The position numbers and the translations under genes are program-made. The notes beneath the pieces are model-generated. The model saw only the letters and a list, made by a program, of their open reading frames with translations. It searched no databases and was not told where the DNA came from. A stretch of DNA of 63,415 nt, counting the filler, from Asterionella formosa (Eukaryota): assembly GCA_002256025.1 (NCBI GenBank). It is 8 parts of 8 records of this genome, joined end to end, with 100 filler letters (N's around TTAATTAATTAA, not from the genome) between each part and the next. Parts side by side here need not be neighbours in the genome. Positions count along the whole stretch, not along the records: positions 26,606 to 53,092 come from NKIB01001709.1; 7 more parts are not named here. One strand, written 5' to 3'. This document shows, in pieces, positions 33,217-45,899 of this stretch. How positions within the stretch are numbered: position 1 is the stretch's first letter; every line of letters begins with the position of its first letter.

Positions 33217-36200
33217 ATGTCAGCCAAAGCCGTTCGCGAGTACCACGGCAAGAAGCTCCTTGCCAAGTACGTGAAAGAGCTTTCGCACGGACAGCATTGC
33301 ATAGATGATCGATCGGCGCTCATCACGTCCGGAACAGACCTCAAGGCACTCCTTGCTGAGGAACCCTGGTTGAGCGACACGACGTTGGTGGTCAAACCAG
33401 ATCAGCTCATCAAGCGGCGGGGAAAGGCTGGATTGGTCGGCATCAAGATGGACTGGACACAAGTGCAAGCCTGGATTGCTGAGCGGATGAATAAGGAAAT
33501 CCAGGTCGAGCACGCCACGGGAGCGCTGGATCATTTCATTGTAGAGCCATTCTTGCCGCATGCGCAACAAGACGAATACTACATTTGCATTCAGAGCGAT
33601 CGTGACGGGGAGGAAATCTTGTTCTGCGCCGAAGGTGGCGTGGATGTAGGTGATGTTGATTCCAAAGCGTCGCGCCTTCATGTTGAGATTGATGATTCAA
33701 GCATCTCGGAAGATTCCATCAAGACGTCGGCGTTGCTTAACGGTGTTCCTGAAGGCCGGATGGATCGCCTTGCTTCATTCGTCCTCGCTCTCTTCAAGGC
33801 ATACCGTTTGCTCAACTTCACCTACATGGAGATCAACCCTATTGTATACACAGACGATAACCAGATTGTGCCGTTGGATTTGGCGGCCAAGATTGACGAA
33901 ACCGCTGCCTTTCTCAATGCCACTCAGTGGGGGTATCTGGACTTCCCCGCTCCATTCGGACGCAGAGAATTCCCAGAGGAGGCATACATTCGCGAGCTTG
34001 ATGGTAAGACTGGCGCGTCGCTCAAGCTCACCATTCTCAATCACAAGGGACGGGTGTGGACCATGGTGGCTGGTGGTGGAGCCAGCGTGGTATATGCTGA
34101 CACAATTAGTGATTTGGGGTTCGGAAATGAACTAGCCAACTACGGAGAGTATTCTGGAGCACCTTCCACCGAGCATACGTATGAATACGCCAAGACATTG
34201 ATTGGATTGATGACCAGAGAGAAGGATCCACGAGGAAAGATTTTTATTATTGGAGGTGGTATTGCAAACTTTACTGATGTTGCGGCTACGTTTACTGGAT
34301 TGATCAAAGCTCTTTTTTCCTTTCAAGACGACCTCAAGGCACATGATGTAAGTACAAGGCATGAAATTTGTTGCCATCTAGGGTGTTTCTTGGACTGTAT
34401 CTCACCAATATTCTCGCCTCTACCTTGATGGTTTAGATCAAAATATACGTTCGGCGTGCTGGACCTAACTTTCAAGAGGGCTTGGGAATGATGCGCGATT
34501 GTGCCAACAGAACCGGTCTTCCGATTTTCATTTACGGCCCTGAAACACATATTACCGCGATTGTGCCACTTGCCCTAGGATTGGCCAAGTTGGAAGACTT
34601 TCCGGAATTCGACAATGACCAATATCTGGCCAAGCCTATTTCCCGTAAGGGATCGCACATTGATCTGTCCGCAGGATCTAAACCTGAGCCGGAATCTATG
34701 GTTGTGGAGCACGAGGCCGATCACAAAGTTGAAAACTTTACTGCCAAGACGCGATGCGTCGTCTACGGCCTTCAACATCGGGCGGTCCAAGGGATGTTGG
34801 ACTTTGATTACATGTGCAAACGCGAAAAGCCTTCGGTTGCTGCCATGATCTTTCCTTTTTCGTCCAATCATTACATCAAGTTTTATTGGGGGACTGACGA
34901 GATCCTCATGCCCGTCTACCAATCTATGAAGGAAGCGTTTCAGAAACATCCGGAAGTCACAGTTGCTGTTAACTTTTCCTCCTTCCGTTCCGTATTTTCT
35001 TCCGTAAATGAAATCCTTGAGTTCTCGGATCAGATTAAGACCATAGCCATTATCGCTGAAGGTGTCCCAGAATCCCAAACGCGTATTTTGAACAAGGCTG
35101 CCGAAAAGAAAGGCGTCGGTATTATTGGTCCTGCGACCGTTGGTGGAATCAAGCCGGGTGCTTTTCGAATTGGAAACACTGGAGGTATGCTTGACAATAT
35201 TGTCATGTCGAAATTGTACCGCCCTGGTTCGGTTGCATACGTCTCGAAGAGTGGTGGCATGAGCAATGAGCTAAATAATATTATCTGCCGAAACTCGGAT
35301 GGTGTCTTCGAGGGTGTGGCTATTGGTGGTGATCGTTATCCTGGATCTCGCTTCATGGATCACCTCTTGCGATACAACGACAATCCCTCAGTACATATGT
35401 TGGTTCTCTTGGGAGAAGTCGGTGGTATTGATGAATACGAAATATGTGACGCCATCAAGTCGGGTCGGATTTCCAAACCGCTTGTTGCCTGGTGCATTGG
35501 TACATGTGCTTCCATCTTTCCGTTCGAAGTACAGTTTGGTCACGCAGGTGCCTTGGCAAGAGGAGATATGGAAACTGCCATTGCCAAGAATAAGGCGCTA
35601 AAGGAGGCTGGCGCTTACGTCCCAGATAACTTTGGCGAATTTGGCCTCAAGATCAATGAAGTTTACAATGCTTTGGTTGCCGCTGGGACCTTAGTTCCTG
35701 CTCCCGAGCCCGAGGTTCCCAAAGTTCCCATGGATTACACATGGGCGAAGCGTCTTGGATTGGTTCGCAAACCTGCCAACTTCATTTCTTCTATTTCCGA
35801 TGACCGTGGGGAAGAGTTGCACTACAGTGGCATGCCGATTAGCGAAGTCTTTGCTAAAGATCTTGGTGTTGGAGGGGTCATTTCTCTACTTTGGTTCCGT
35901 CGTCAACTTCCTTCATATGCCACCAAGTTTATTGAAATGATTCTCATGGTGACTGCCGACCACGGCCCTGCTGTCTCCGGAGCACATAATACCATTGTGG
36001 CAGCTCGTGCTGGGAAAGACTTGGTGTCATCCCTAGTCAGTGGCCTATTGACTATTGGCCCACGTTTTGGTGGTGCGTTGGACGACGCAGCAGCCATGTT
36101 TAGTGCAGCTTCCGACACTGCAGTCGATCCAGGTCAATTTGTGAAGGACATGCGCAAGGCCAACAAGCTCATCATGGGTATTGGTCATCGCATCAAGTCC

Positions 36201-36569
36201 TTAACGAATCCCGACAAGCGTGTGGAAATCATCAAGAATTATGCTTTGCAGAATTTCGCCGACAACACCGTCTTAAAGTTTGCATTGGCTGTCGAACAAG
36301 TGACAACGAAGAAGAAGGCTAATCTTATTTTGAATGTTGATGGAGTTATTGCGACTTGTTTTGTAGACATGATGCGTTCTTGTGGCGCTTTCAGCAAGGA
36401 AGAAGCAGACGAGCTTGTCCTAAATGGATGTTTGAACGGAATGTTCGTGACTGGTCGTTCTCTTGGCTTTGTTGGTCATTACTTGGACCAAAAGCGCTTG
36501 AAGCAGGGTCTGTATAGGCATCCTTGGGATGATATCAGTTACTTGACTGGATCTGAGCTTTACTCTTAG
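33217..36569 (+). CDS. ACLY: ATP-citrate lyase, single-chain (fused) form, 1087 aa; intron 34348-34436
   Basis: [45 protein letters not shown] (phospho-His), [20 protein letters not shown]. Confidence 0.98.
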
Positions 36570-36806
36570 ATGTCATCTTCTGACTGTGTTGCAAGTGTGG
36601 ACTAGTAACTATGTCACGTGCTACAATCACCACTACATGAATCACTTTTTAATAGAAAATAACATTTTGATGCAAATGCTTGTAGAAAATGAAAGCAAAC
36701 AGTTTCGATCTCTTGTTGTCCTGGCTGTTCAACTATTCTCGTATTTGTTATCATGTTATACCAGTACATCAATAAATCCACACAATGGATGCTTTGCGAA
36801 TCATAT

Positions 36807-37645
36807 TTAGTAACTTGGATTCCACGCCTTCAATCGATTGAGAGCTTCCAAGACGTAGCGGTCCTCTCCGTTTTCTTCCGCTTCCAGTGGACACAGTCCA
36901 ATCCACCGATACCGCTCACTCGTTTCATCCAACTTCACCTCTACACCTGGTTCGTCTAACTCCACCAATACAATTGGTTGCACAGTTTGTGTCCCTTTGC
37001 TAGTTTCAGTGTCCCTACGTGTGTGTGTGTGTTTGTGTTGTGTCAGCGATGGAATACCGAAACAATGACAAATGTCCCAACTAATATTAAAATATTGAGG
37101 CAAACGACAATCAAGGAAAGCTCCTCCTCGTGAACTAACTAGCAATGAAGCAAACAAACTCACCAGTGAGACGTTGGAAAGAATGTATTCCACAATCCCA
37201 ATACTTGAATAGGCTTGACCCCTTCAATTCCGGTTTCTTGCTTTGCCTTCCTAATCGCAGCATCGAAAAACGTTTCGCCTTTGAGGAGTCGTCCCCCCGG
37301 CAACCACCAAACCCCCTTGACTGGTTCCGAGGCTCGCTCGACGAGCAAACATTCCTTGCGCGCCGTCGATGGATTGTACCTGACAATCAAACAGTCGGTG
37401 CATACCACAACGCAATCTCTCACGAGGCGCCCATACAAATCTCCAGAGAGGAACTTGCGTGAGGGAGTAATAGTCGTCAGTTCTGATTTGTCCCCATAAA
37501 AGAGGGACAGGTCATTGCCCTCGATTGTGGCACCAGAGTGGGCGGAGTGACTGGACGAGCGTTTCTTCTGTGTCAATGAGTACAGCGACGCGACCGCAAT
37601 ACCGGCTAGGAAGGAAACGATTAATGGGGTCTTTGGAGTGCTCAT
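36807..37645 (-). CDS. Nudix hydrolase (GDP-mannose mannosyl hydrolase-like); intron 37015-37163
   Basis: EPVKGVWWLPGGRLLKGETFFDAAIRKAKQETGI Nudix box. A GT-AG intron joins SHW|DTET in frame. Hydrophobic N-terminal anchor. Confidence 0.88.
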
Positions 37646-38350
37646 TGTTGTAGCGCGAATCTGTTACCTGGAACTACTATTAGCCAATGCATTACCGGTA
37701 GCAGAAAATAGGTGCATTACCGGTACGTAATAAACCTTGTAAATACAGTTAGGCTCCGTGATCATTTCATGCTGTACCACACCATGATGCAATTTTACCG
37801 CTATCTCAACTTTCATTTGCGTTCTGCTTTTGGCCATGCGCATCGGGCTGATGACGACGGCGAATAACATACTGGTACTACGTATAGTATGCCTGGTACC
37901 GTTAAAACTCTGAATAAAACCTTCGTAGACCCGTACAAATTGATAGACCGAAACAGGTGCCGATACTGTACCAATACAACTCACCAAGGTTCATAAGATC
38001 CGATAATCGAGATATATAGCTTAATCTCTTCTGAACGGTAGTCCTGGTACTACTCACCATGTACAGCAATACCGGAAAGCATTGATTGACACACCACGCA
38101 TCAATCAATTTGTATGTGTGCGTACACTGTGTACCTAAACATGTAGCCACCATCAATCATGATTACGACGATGTGGTTGATGATTGCTCAATGTGCTGCA
38201 GTCATCACATCAAATATAAGATCAGCCCCCAATTAGACCATCACTCCCACCAGAGTTCGCTCATACAACAATCGTTCTTGTTAATCGCAGACCAACTCAC
38301 GCCTCTCGCACACTTTTGATCATCATATTATCCGTTCGTTCCTTGCAAAA

Positions 38351-38650
38351 ATGTTTCGTTTCTTCGCAACCTCCTTGTTGCAGCCCGTCATGGCCAGACT
38401 CCTACCATCACAGCACTCATTAGTAGTGACAAGATTCATGGGTATCAAACGATGCATCAAGGCCAACAAAAGTGTATGCAAACGTTTTCGGGTAAGAGGG
38501 GATGGATCTTTGAAACGAAGCAAGGCTGGCATGTCACATAATTCAGGATACAAGAGTCCGGGCCGCAAGGCACGCTTGAATTGCTCGGGAACTATTACGG
38601 AGCCGAAGATTGAAAAAAGAATGAAACAGTTAATGGGGTCTACTAAATAG
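38351..38650 (+). CDS. rpl35: Ribosomal protein bL35, probably mitochondrial
   Basis: KANKSVCKRFRVRGDGSLKRSKAGMSH follows an N-terminal presequence-like segment. Confidence 0.88.
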   Translation: MFRFFATSLLQPVMARLLPSQHSLVVTRFMGIKRCIKANKSVCKRFRVRGDGSLKRSKAGMSHNSGYKSPGRKARLNCSGTITEPKIEKRMKQLMGSTK

Positions 38651-39102
38651 AAAGAGAAAGATGAACGGTGGAATGCGAAGCTTCATTGCACCATGTGCGG
38701 CTGTCGTGTCAGCCTATTTTCACAATTTTAAAGTAAGCAAGATTGACCAGTCAGTTTCATTTTAATCGTCTGCACTTCAGTCATCATCAACTGATTTTGA
38801 AACGGAATGAAAACTACTTCTGGAAACCCACAATGCCGATGGTGACAGGTAACAATGTTAAACAAACTAGTTTTGATGACTAGTGTGAGCACTATGCCGA
38901 CTCTTTGAGCACCAATAAGATGCTGGACAATACAATGACCACCACGCAGAGAGAATCGGTGGAATGCAAAATAGTAGGAGTATCATTAAGAGGTTCTGCA
39001 GAGGCAAAGGACAAAGTTTACTTGATACCGAACAAAGTTTCGAGGAAGTTTGGAACTCAAAAACAAACCGTGTACCACCGGTGTATAGAACATGCCAAGA
39101 AT

Positions 39103-39351
39103 CTATTCCTCCTTGTTGACGTCTTCAGCCCCTTTGATCTTCCGTTGAACCATCTTGCGTTTTGCTTTTGTCACGGGCTCCAACAGTGTAGGCTGGTATC
39201 CGCACATTGTCGCTTCCCGTGCCAATATGGCATTTTCGTTTTGGAGTGCCCTTTCGTCTCTTTCTAATTGCTTCAATAATTGTACCATGGTTGCGCACTC
39301 TTCTTGAAGTCGTTCGAGTTGCTTAGGCGTTGCTGTGTTGCGGTCGTTCAT
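39103..39351 (-). CDS. Small coiled-coil protein, 82 aa, function unknown
   Basis: ATG-started ORF with a heptad pattern (LERLQEEC..MVQLLKQLERDERALQNENAIL) and a basic tail. Confidence 0.6.
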   Translation of the reverse strand: MNDRNTATPKQLERLQEECATMVQLLKQLERDERALQNENAILAREATMCGYQPTLLEPVTKAKRKMVQRKIKGAEDVNKEE

Positions 39352-39959
39352 GATAGAGAAGAAATAGCGTTGACAGCAGCGATTCAGAACGAGAGCAATT
39401 ATTCATGTAACGGCGTAGTTTCTTTCGCTAGATACCGTATTGTACATACACCGTGTCACTACATACCGGTAGTAGGTATCATGTTGCATTCTGTTCATGT
39501 GAATTCAATTTATTACGTAGTACATGGCTAATAAAAATATGGATGTTATGAAGTACCTACCTGTACTCCATTTCCAATATGTGAGCAGACTAATTATAGG
39601 TATTAGACTACCACACATATTACTAACGGTACTAGATACTATGGTTGAGTAAAATACCCCTCCTCTCTCCATTGACAGACATGACATGATGACAATCCAT
39701 CAGAACATATAATTTCTTTCATCCCTTCCTTAGGCTGTGCGTGGGTGCTTGGTGAAACATCATCGGATCGAGTAATAGAGAACCAATAAGCTGTAGAAAG
39801 AATATTACTTTATTCTCCAAAAAATGGAGTACCGGCAGTGTTCTTGCTACTCCAGAGTAGATTTGTTTCGAGCTGCATTTAATCTATATGCTATCCACCA
39901 TGCACCTCATCGCACTTTAGAGAACAAAATTTAAGATAACTTATAGTAATGTACAAGCG

Positions 39960-41123
39960 TCAACAACAAGACCAATACTTGTTTTGCCAAGGATTCTCCC
40001 ACCAGTCTTCAGAATCGCGAATAATTTTTCCTGGTGCATCCCACAAGATTGGTTTCCATTGTGTGCTTCCCGTCAAGCAGTTCATTGAGGCATCACGTTG
40101 ACAGCAAAACAGTCGAAGATTCCAATTCAAACCCTTGCTAAATGGCAAATCCGTCTCTCGAGTGCCGCGTAAGTAATCAATATGTCGAGGTCCTTTTCCG
40201 CATTCAAAGGTCGTCATATTTGTTATAGCAAAAACAGTATGCATTGTCCAAACCAATGTTGAAGTCACGGTCAATGAATACACATAGCACTTGGCGACAA
40301 CCACAATGGCAGCATCCAGATTAGGTTTGTTAAAGAATGTTATGAAACCCAGAGACGAAGATCCAATGATGGAAGTATACAAACAAAAAGCAAGCGTCTG
40401 AAAGGTGACGAACCACCAGAAGCGACAATGGTTTCGTTCTCCAATACAGGTCCCGATGAGTTTGCAGTGATGATCAAAGGTAGCAACACACTTATTGCAG
40501 GTGCGGCAATGGTGAGACCTCAGAGGGGGATGAATATCACATGTTTCACATAGTTTACGACGACTTCCTCTAAAGAATTGTTCCTGGTCCTCGCCGAGAT
40601 GGGGTTGTGAATTCATGCCACTTTGCACCGACAATATATTGCGTCGAGACAAAACATCCTGTTTCTCAGCGACAGAAGTATTAATTTGAAATTCTTCGTG
40701 TTGCTGATCATTGTCTTCTTCGTAGCCAATTAACGTGAGTCCGTCGTCCTGGTAAACCTCAGCCAAGATCTCGGCTGTCAAAATGCCAGGATCTGAATTA
40801 TACACAAAGGCGAAACAAATCAATGTCAAAAGAAAGACAACAATAACTTCTGATAGCTTTTCCTTTTGAAAATTATCCTCCTCGTCACGAAGGACAGTCA
40901 GCGGAGAAAAGAGGACGAGGGAAAACGCGAGGGTAAACCCTGAAATGTATCGAGTCAACGTAATCCATTTTCCAGGTTCTGCCTTTGTTTGACATGCGAC
41001 CTCTTGTTCGATTTCAAGTGTCACGGGCGGATTGGATTGTCCTGATCTGGAACTTGCGACAATTACATCGGGTTCAGTCGCCTCAGCATCAGCTGGTATT
41101 GTGTTGTTGCACGCCACCACCAT
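39960..41123 (-). CDS. DHHC palmitoyltransferase (5' end abuts a gap)
   Basis: CETC...RSHHCRTCNKCVATFDHHCKLIGTCIGERNH, DPG, TTFE and PFSKG motifs; four TM segments. Confidence 0.95.
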   Translation of the reverse strand: MVVACNNTIPADAEATEPDVIVASSRSGQSNPPVTLEIEQEVACQTKAEPGKWITLTRYISGFTLAFSLVLFSPLTVLRDEEDNFQKEKLSEVIVVFLLTLICFAFVYNSDPGILTAEILAEVYQDDGLTLIGYEEDNDQQHEEFQINTSVAEKQDVLSRRNILSVQSGMNSQPHLGEDQEQFFRGSRRKLCETCDIHPPLRSHHCRTCNKCVATFDHHCKLIGTCIGERNHCRFWWFVTFQTLAFCLYTSIIGSSSLGFITFFNKPNLDAAIVVVAKCYVYSLTVTSTLVWTMHTVFAITNMTTFECGKGPRHIDYLRGTRETDLPFSKGLNWNLRLFCCQRDASMNCLTGSTQWKPILWDAPGKIIRDSEDWWENPWQNKYWSCC

Positions 41124-41831
41124 GTTNNNNNNNNNNNNNNNNNNNNNNNNNNNNNNNNNNNNNNNNNNNNNNNNNNNNNNNNNNNNNNNNNNNNNNNNNN
41201 NNNNNNNNNNNNNNNNNNNNNNNNNNNNNNNNNNNNNNNNNNNNNNNNNNNNNNNNNNNNNNNNNNNNNNNNNNNNNNNNNNNNNNNNNNNNNNNNNNNN
41301 NNNNNNNNNNNNNNNNNNNNNNNNNNNNNNNNNNNNNNNNNNNNNNNNNNNNNNNNNNNNNNNNNNNNNNNNNNNNNNNNNNNNNNNNNNNNNNNNNNNN
41401 NNNNNNNNNNNNNNNNNNNNNNNNNNNNNNNNNNNNNNNNNNNNNNNNNNNNNNNNNNNNNNNNNNNNNNNNNNNNNNNNNNNNNNNNNNNNNNNNNNNN
41501 NNNNNNNNNNNNNNNNNNNNNNNNNNNNNNNNNNNNNNNNNNNNNNNNNNNNNNNNNNNNNNNNNNNNNNNNNNNNNNNNNNNNNNNNNNNNNNNNNNNN
41601 NNNNNNNNNNNNNNNNNNNNNNNNNNNNNNNNNNNNNNNNNNNNNNNNNNNNNNNNNNNNNNNNNNNNNNNNNNNNNNNNNNNNNNNNNNNNNNNNNNNN
41701 NNNNNNNCGGTAGTCTACTCCAACACGACATGGCGATATGAGCACTAAAAATGATCATAATGGCATAACAACAGAACAAAGTATACAAACATACAACGTA
41801 GAGTACAAATTTCCCAGACACAGCATTAGCC

Positions 41832-43100
41832 ATGACTGTTAACGACACTGATATTTCGCGTGATGAGTCAGTGGAAGAAAAGGCGCTCAAGCTCTACCGA
41901 GGAGTCGCCTTGGGACCAATGGTACGCGCTTCAACGACTCCCCTTCGAATTCAGGCTCTCAACTATGGAGCTGACTTTTGTTACACCGAAGAACTGGTCG
42001 ATCGAGCAGTGACTGGAACCATCCGACAAGTCAACGAGACATTGGGGACTGTGGACTATGTCAAGGACACGAGTCAGCATAGCGCCAAGGTCAAACGGCG
42101 AATGGCGCAATCTCCCGGGCCTGCTCTCTTTCTGAGGATAGATCACAGCAGGGAACGAGGCAAACTCGTTTGTCAGCTGGGCACCGGCGAACCGGAATTT
42201 GCACTCGCTGCTGCCACACACCTCTATCGAGATGTGGATGCGATTGACATTAACATGGGATGTCCCAAGAAGTTCAGTGTTAGCGGGGGCATGGGGTCTG
42301 CCCTCTTGAGCGATCCCGGTCGAGCCTCGCGGATCATTCGGACTCTACGAGATGCTCTTCCTGATACTCCCGTATCTTGCAAAATTAGATTGCTAGAATC
42401 GACTCAAGCTACCTTGGACTTTTGTGGTGCCATGGTAAACGCAGGAGCATTGGCCATTGCCATTCACGGTCGAACGGTGCAACATGACGCTACACAAGTG
42501 GCGGATTGGAAGACACTACAAGATGTTGTCCCACTGCTGAAATCAAAGTACCCTTCCTTGCCAGTATTGGTCAATGGCGACTTTTATACTAGACAAGAAT
42601 GGATGGATGTCATCAGCGAGACTGGAGCGAATGGTGTATTGTTGGCAAGACCAGCACTCTACAATATGAGTCTCTTCAAGAAACCATCACTAGAACAAAC
42701 AGGTCCCTTTGGTTACGATTCCCCGCTTCTCTTGGATAAAACAACGGTGATTCAAGATTATCTGAAAGAATGTGTTCGGTACGAAATTCACTACAAAAAT
42801 GTCAAGTATAACCTATGCGAGATGATGACACACCGGCGGACACCCATACCAAGAGTGAATAATCTACCTCACATTTATCCCGGCGGGCAAACCGTTGCCA
42901 AGGTTAGCAATTGTCACAGCATAGATGACCTTTGCAAGGTATGGGATGTAAGAATGTCATTCTCTGGCAAGGCCGAACAAAATTTACCTGCCGGAGAGCA
43001 TCGATATGACGAATCCTACCTCTTGGAGCTTGCAGAAGAAAAGAAAGCTACCGACGAAGATGAGCCACTCGCCAAGAAGTTGAAAACAGAAGACCAATAG
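41832..43100 (+). CDS. DUS2: tRNA-dihydrouridine synthase, DUS2-like
   Basis: GPMVR, YTEELVD, QLGT, IDINMGCPKKFSVSGGMGSALL, SCKIR, IHGRT, NGD. Confidence 0.93.
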   Translation: MTVNDTDISRDESVEEKALKLYRGVALGPMVRASTTPLRIQALNYGADFCYTEELVDRAVTGTIRQVNETLGTVDYVKDTSQHSAKVKRRMAQSPGPALFLRIDHSRERGKLVCQLGTGEPEFALAAATHLYRDVDAIDINMGCPKKFSVSGGMGSALLSDPGRASRIIRTLRDALPDTPVSCKIRLLESTQATLDFCGAMVNAGALAIAIHGRTVQHDATQVADWKTLQDVVPLLKSKYPSLPVLVNGDFYTRQEWMDVISETGANGVLLARPALYNMSLFKKPSLEQTGPFGYDSPLLLDKTTVIQDYLKECVRYEIHYKNVKYNLCEMMTHRRTPIPRVNNLPHIYPGGQTVAKVSNCHSIDDLCKVWDVRMSFSGKAEQNLPAGEHRYDESYLLELAEEKKATDEDEPLAKKLKTEDQ

Positions 43101-43338
43101 CAATACCGATAGTAATTAAGTTGCTAGACCTTCCATTATACCTGCTGTTGTGTCGTTAAAAAAACAAGCCCCAACGTCCTCAGGAATATTGTCCATTTCG
43201 TGGCAATGGTCTTGTCAATCTCAAGGGGAATCAAGCCACTGGATGTCGTCGGCTCGAAAGGTACCAAACTCATCTTTCTTTGCAATTTTATAATCTGGAT
43301 TCTCAACGGTCGCGAAAGCACAAGGTGGCGGAATGGAT

Positions 43339-45657
43339 CTAGCAGGCACCACAGTTCCACCCTCCACCCGCCACATTCTGTTTGACTTCAGTGGATGAAT
43401 CCGTTTCATGCGTTTCGCTGTCGTCTTTGCCGATGCCAAAGATCCTCAACATTGCGCAGCAAATGTTTTTGAGAATAACAAATAACCAAAATATCAAACC
43501 CATGCCGATGAATATTAAAACAAAGTTAGAACACATCGTTGCAGAGTTGGGATATCGCTCCAACGACACTCCAAGAACTCCAACGATTACCATAAGGCAT
43601 TGAAGGAAGAAATCAAGAACCTGATTCGTAGCGATGCCTTGCAACCCACGAGAGCTGTCATCCTGATTGTACGGACAGAAGAGAAAGTGAAGACCAAGGT
43701 TGATGATCCCAATTACCAATAGGCCCATGATGGACCAGTCTAGGAAGAAATATATCAACACAACCATTACCAGTTTACGAATCAAGACCATAATCTGCCA
43801 CCACCACCGGCGATACGTACTAAAAAGAGTGTTGTCGTCATCGTTCATTCGCAACTGACACGACAAAAATAGAATGCTAGACCCCAAAATAACTGCAGCA
43901 GCAACACACCAACTTAAAATGAAATAGTCTCGAGGTTTTCCGTCCCGAAAACAGAACCAGCCCAAGTTGTCGCATTCAGCAGCTTCGAGTGTTGTAAACA
44001 TGAGGTAAGGGAAGATAAATAGTAATATCAAAAGATACCATTGGCCCATTCTATTGCAGATCCAATATCTTGGTTTAGAGCGCAAAAATCCCATACCATG
44101 GATAGTTGGAATTACTAGTCCGTGGACGACCCACAACAAGAATGGAACACAGAGTATTATAGCTCGTGTGCTAGGTATGTCAATCTTGGGAAAGCAAGAT
44201 AGAGGAAGAATGGCATTTAGGTCCAAGGAAAGGATTGACGTGAATATGAAGGCTCGTTCAACTGTTGAACCCCAAGGAACAGATGTCATTCCAAACATGG
44301 AAAGAGCAAAGAGAAAGTCGTACCCTGCAAAAATGGTTCCTGCACAGCAGAACTGGACAAGGACTGCTAAGAGCAAAAGAATTGCTAGAAAGCCGAATTG
44401 AAGGATCCAAAATCTTCCATCAGTAAGGCATTGTCGGCATTCACCGTGCAAGACCAATGTAGCGTCATTACATTCAACAGCTTTGTAGAATGGGATAACT
44501 TCTCTTTCATCGACAGTTCTGATACTGATATTGAGGGAGATGGATGGCATGTACGAAAATGCAATAGCTGAAGGAGAGAGCGATACTTTCATGCTTGGTA
44601 GTAGCGATGGTACAGCACCAACCATGTCATCAGAAGGAGCCGTTGTAAATGAAAAAGAAGGTGCATTGCTTATCAATACCTCTGTGAAGGGAGATTTTGA
44701 CGCCACTAGATTTCCAGATTCCACCGAAGGTATCAAGCTTATCACAGCCATAGAAGGCTGAGTTGTCACAAACAAGATTGTCGTCGGGTTGTTTGTTGGA
44801 TCACTAGTTGGGGTTCCAATTGGAGCAATTGTCGCCGGATTTCTTTTGGTCGGATCACTGGTTGGTGTAACAATTGGAGCAATTGTCGTCGGATCACTGG
44901 TTGGTGTAGCAATCGGAGCAATTGTCGTCGGATTTCTGGTCAGATCATTGGTTGGTGCTTGGATTGGAGTAATTGTCATGGAATTTTTGGTAGGAACAAT
45001 GGTTGGGGAAAGGGACGGCCTTTTGGTCGTGGCTATAGTTGGGGCAGAAGACAATGGTGACGACACGAATGTAGTCGGTCCCATCGACGAAGCATAACGT
45101 GTTGGAGCTGAAGAAGGAGGAGATTGAGGAGTTGGCATCATTGACTTGATCACAGCTACTGGGGTGGGAGAGAGAGTATCCGGAATAAACGTTGGAGTCT
45201 TTGTGGGGCTCAAGGACAAAGGTGACTGACTTATAGTCATCAACGGAGCCAGCGAACTGGGTGCATTTGTAAGCACTACAAGAAGACAATTATTGGTTTC
45301 ATCCACGATGTTGGATCCGAATCCAGCATACAATGGAGTCTCACAAGAGCGACAAAAGGCTTGGCCATAGGCACCACTGTAATACCCAGGGGGGCAGAGG
45401 AAGCAGTTCGCCGAAGCAAACAAGCCAGTGATGCTTCCAGGTCTGCAAGGAATACAGGTTGACGATTCGATGACATTAGAATAGAATCCAGGCTCACAAG
45501 GTAAACGAGTGTTGGAGTCCGCCGGAGAAAAGTAGCCTAGTCCAACTGGAGCGCATGTTCCAGTAATGTTCCAGCATCCTGGCCCGCAGATGGCTTGGTT
45601 AACGCAAGTGGACAAGGCAGAAGGTAAAATGATCAAAAGAAAGATAATTGATATCAT
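43339..45657 (-). CDS. Multi-pass surface protein: signal peptide, TNFR/GCC2-GCC3-like Cys repeats, P/T/S stalk, ~9-10 TM segments
   Basis: CxPCxPG repeats; APT/SDPT repeats; hydrophobic C-terminal half with WQIMVLIRKL and CPY. Confidence 0.85.
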   Translation of the reverse strand: MISIIFLLIILPSALSTCVNQAICGPGCWNITGTCAPVGLGYFSPADSNTRLPCEPGFYSNVIESSTCIPCRPGSITGLFASANCFLCPPGYYSGAYGQAFCRSCETPLYAGFGSNIVDETNNCLLVVLTNAPSSLAPLMTISQSPLSLSPTKTPTFIPDTLSPTPVAVIKSMMPTPQSPPSSAPTRYASSMGPTTFVSSPLSSAPTIATTKRPSLSPTIVPTKNSMTITPIQAPTNDLTRNPTTIAPIATPTSDPTTIAPIVTPTSDPTKRNPATIAPIGTPTSDPTNNPTTILFVTTQPSMAVISLIPSVESGNLVASKSPFTEVLISNAPSFSFTTAPSDDMVGAVPSLLPSMKVSLSPSAIAFSYMPSISLNISIRTVDEREVIPFYKAVECNDATLVLHGECRQCLTDGRFWILQFGFLAILLLLAVLVQFCCAGTIFAGYDFLFALSMFGMTSVPWGSTVERAFIFTSILSLDLNAILPLSCFPKIDIPSTRAIILCVPFLLWVVHGLVIPTIHGMGFLRSKPRYWICNRMGQWYLLILLFIFPYLMFTTLEAAECDNLGWFCFRDGKPRDYFILSWCVAAAVILGSSILFLSCQLRMNDDDNTLFSTYRRWWWQIMVLIRKLVMVVLIYFFLDWSIMGLLVIGIINLGLHFLFCPYNQDDSSRGLQGIATNQVLDFFLQCLMVIVGVLGVSLERYPNSATMCSNFVLIFIGMGLIFWLFVILKNICCAMLRIFGIGKDDSETHETDSSTEVKQNVAGGGWNCGAC

Positions 45658-45768
45658 TGCGTTTGTTGGTTCGTTTTATGAGGCGCATTTTATAGCCTTT
45701 AATGAAAGGAAATCTTGAATATGCTGAATTTCGAAATTTTCGAAAAATGTCAACGACAACCTTGATAC

Positions 45769-45899
45769 TGATAAATTCAATTTTTTCACTGTTAAATGAG
45801 GGAAACGGAATGATGTGCCAGTCAGCATATATTGAAATGATGAATTAAAGTTTTTCACTGTTAAATGAGAGAAACGGAATGATGTGCCAGTCAGCATAT
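45769..45899 (+). repeat. Two-copy tandem duplication, period 69 bp
   Basis: TTTTTCACTGTTAAATGAG(G/A)GAAACGGAATGATGTGCCAGTCAGCATAT occurs twice. Confidence 0.9.

Noticed and set aside
33217..36569. Fused single-chain ATP-citrate lyase as a novelty
   Set aside because: The fused architecture is well known (animal ACLY and some protists); an ordinary housekeeping gene.
39103..39351. SNAPC5-like identity for the small coiled-coil protein
   Set aside because: The resemblance is only generic heptad composition; not enough for a name.
40985..41890. Long ORFs composed of X residues
   Set aside because: Artefacts of translating across the N-gap.
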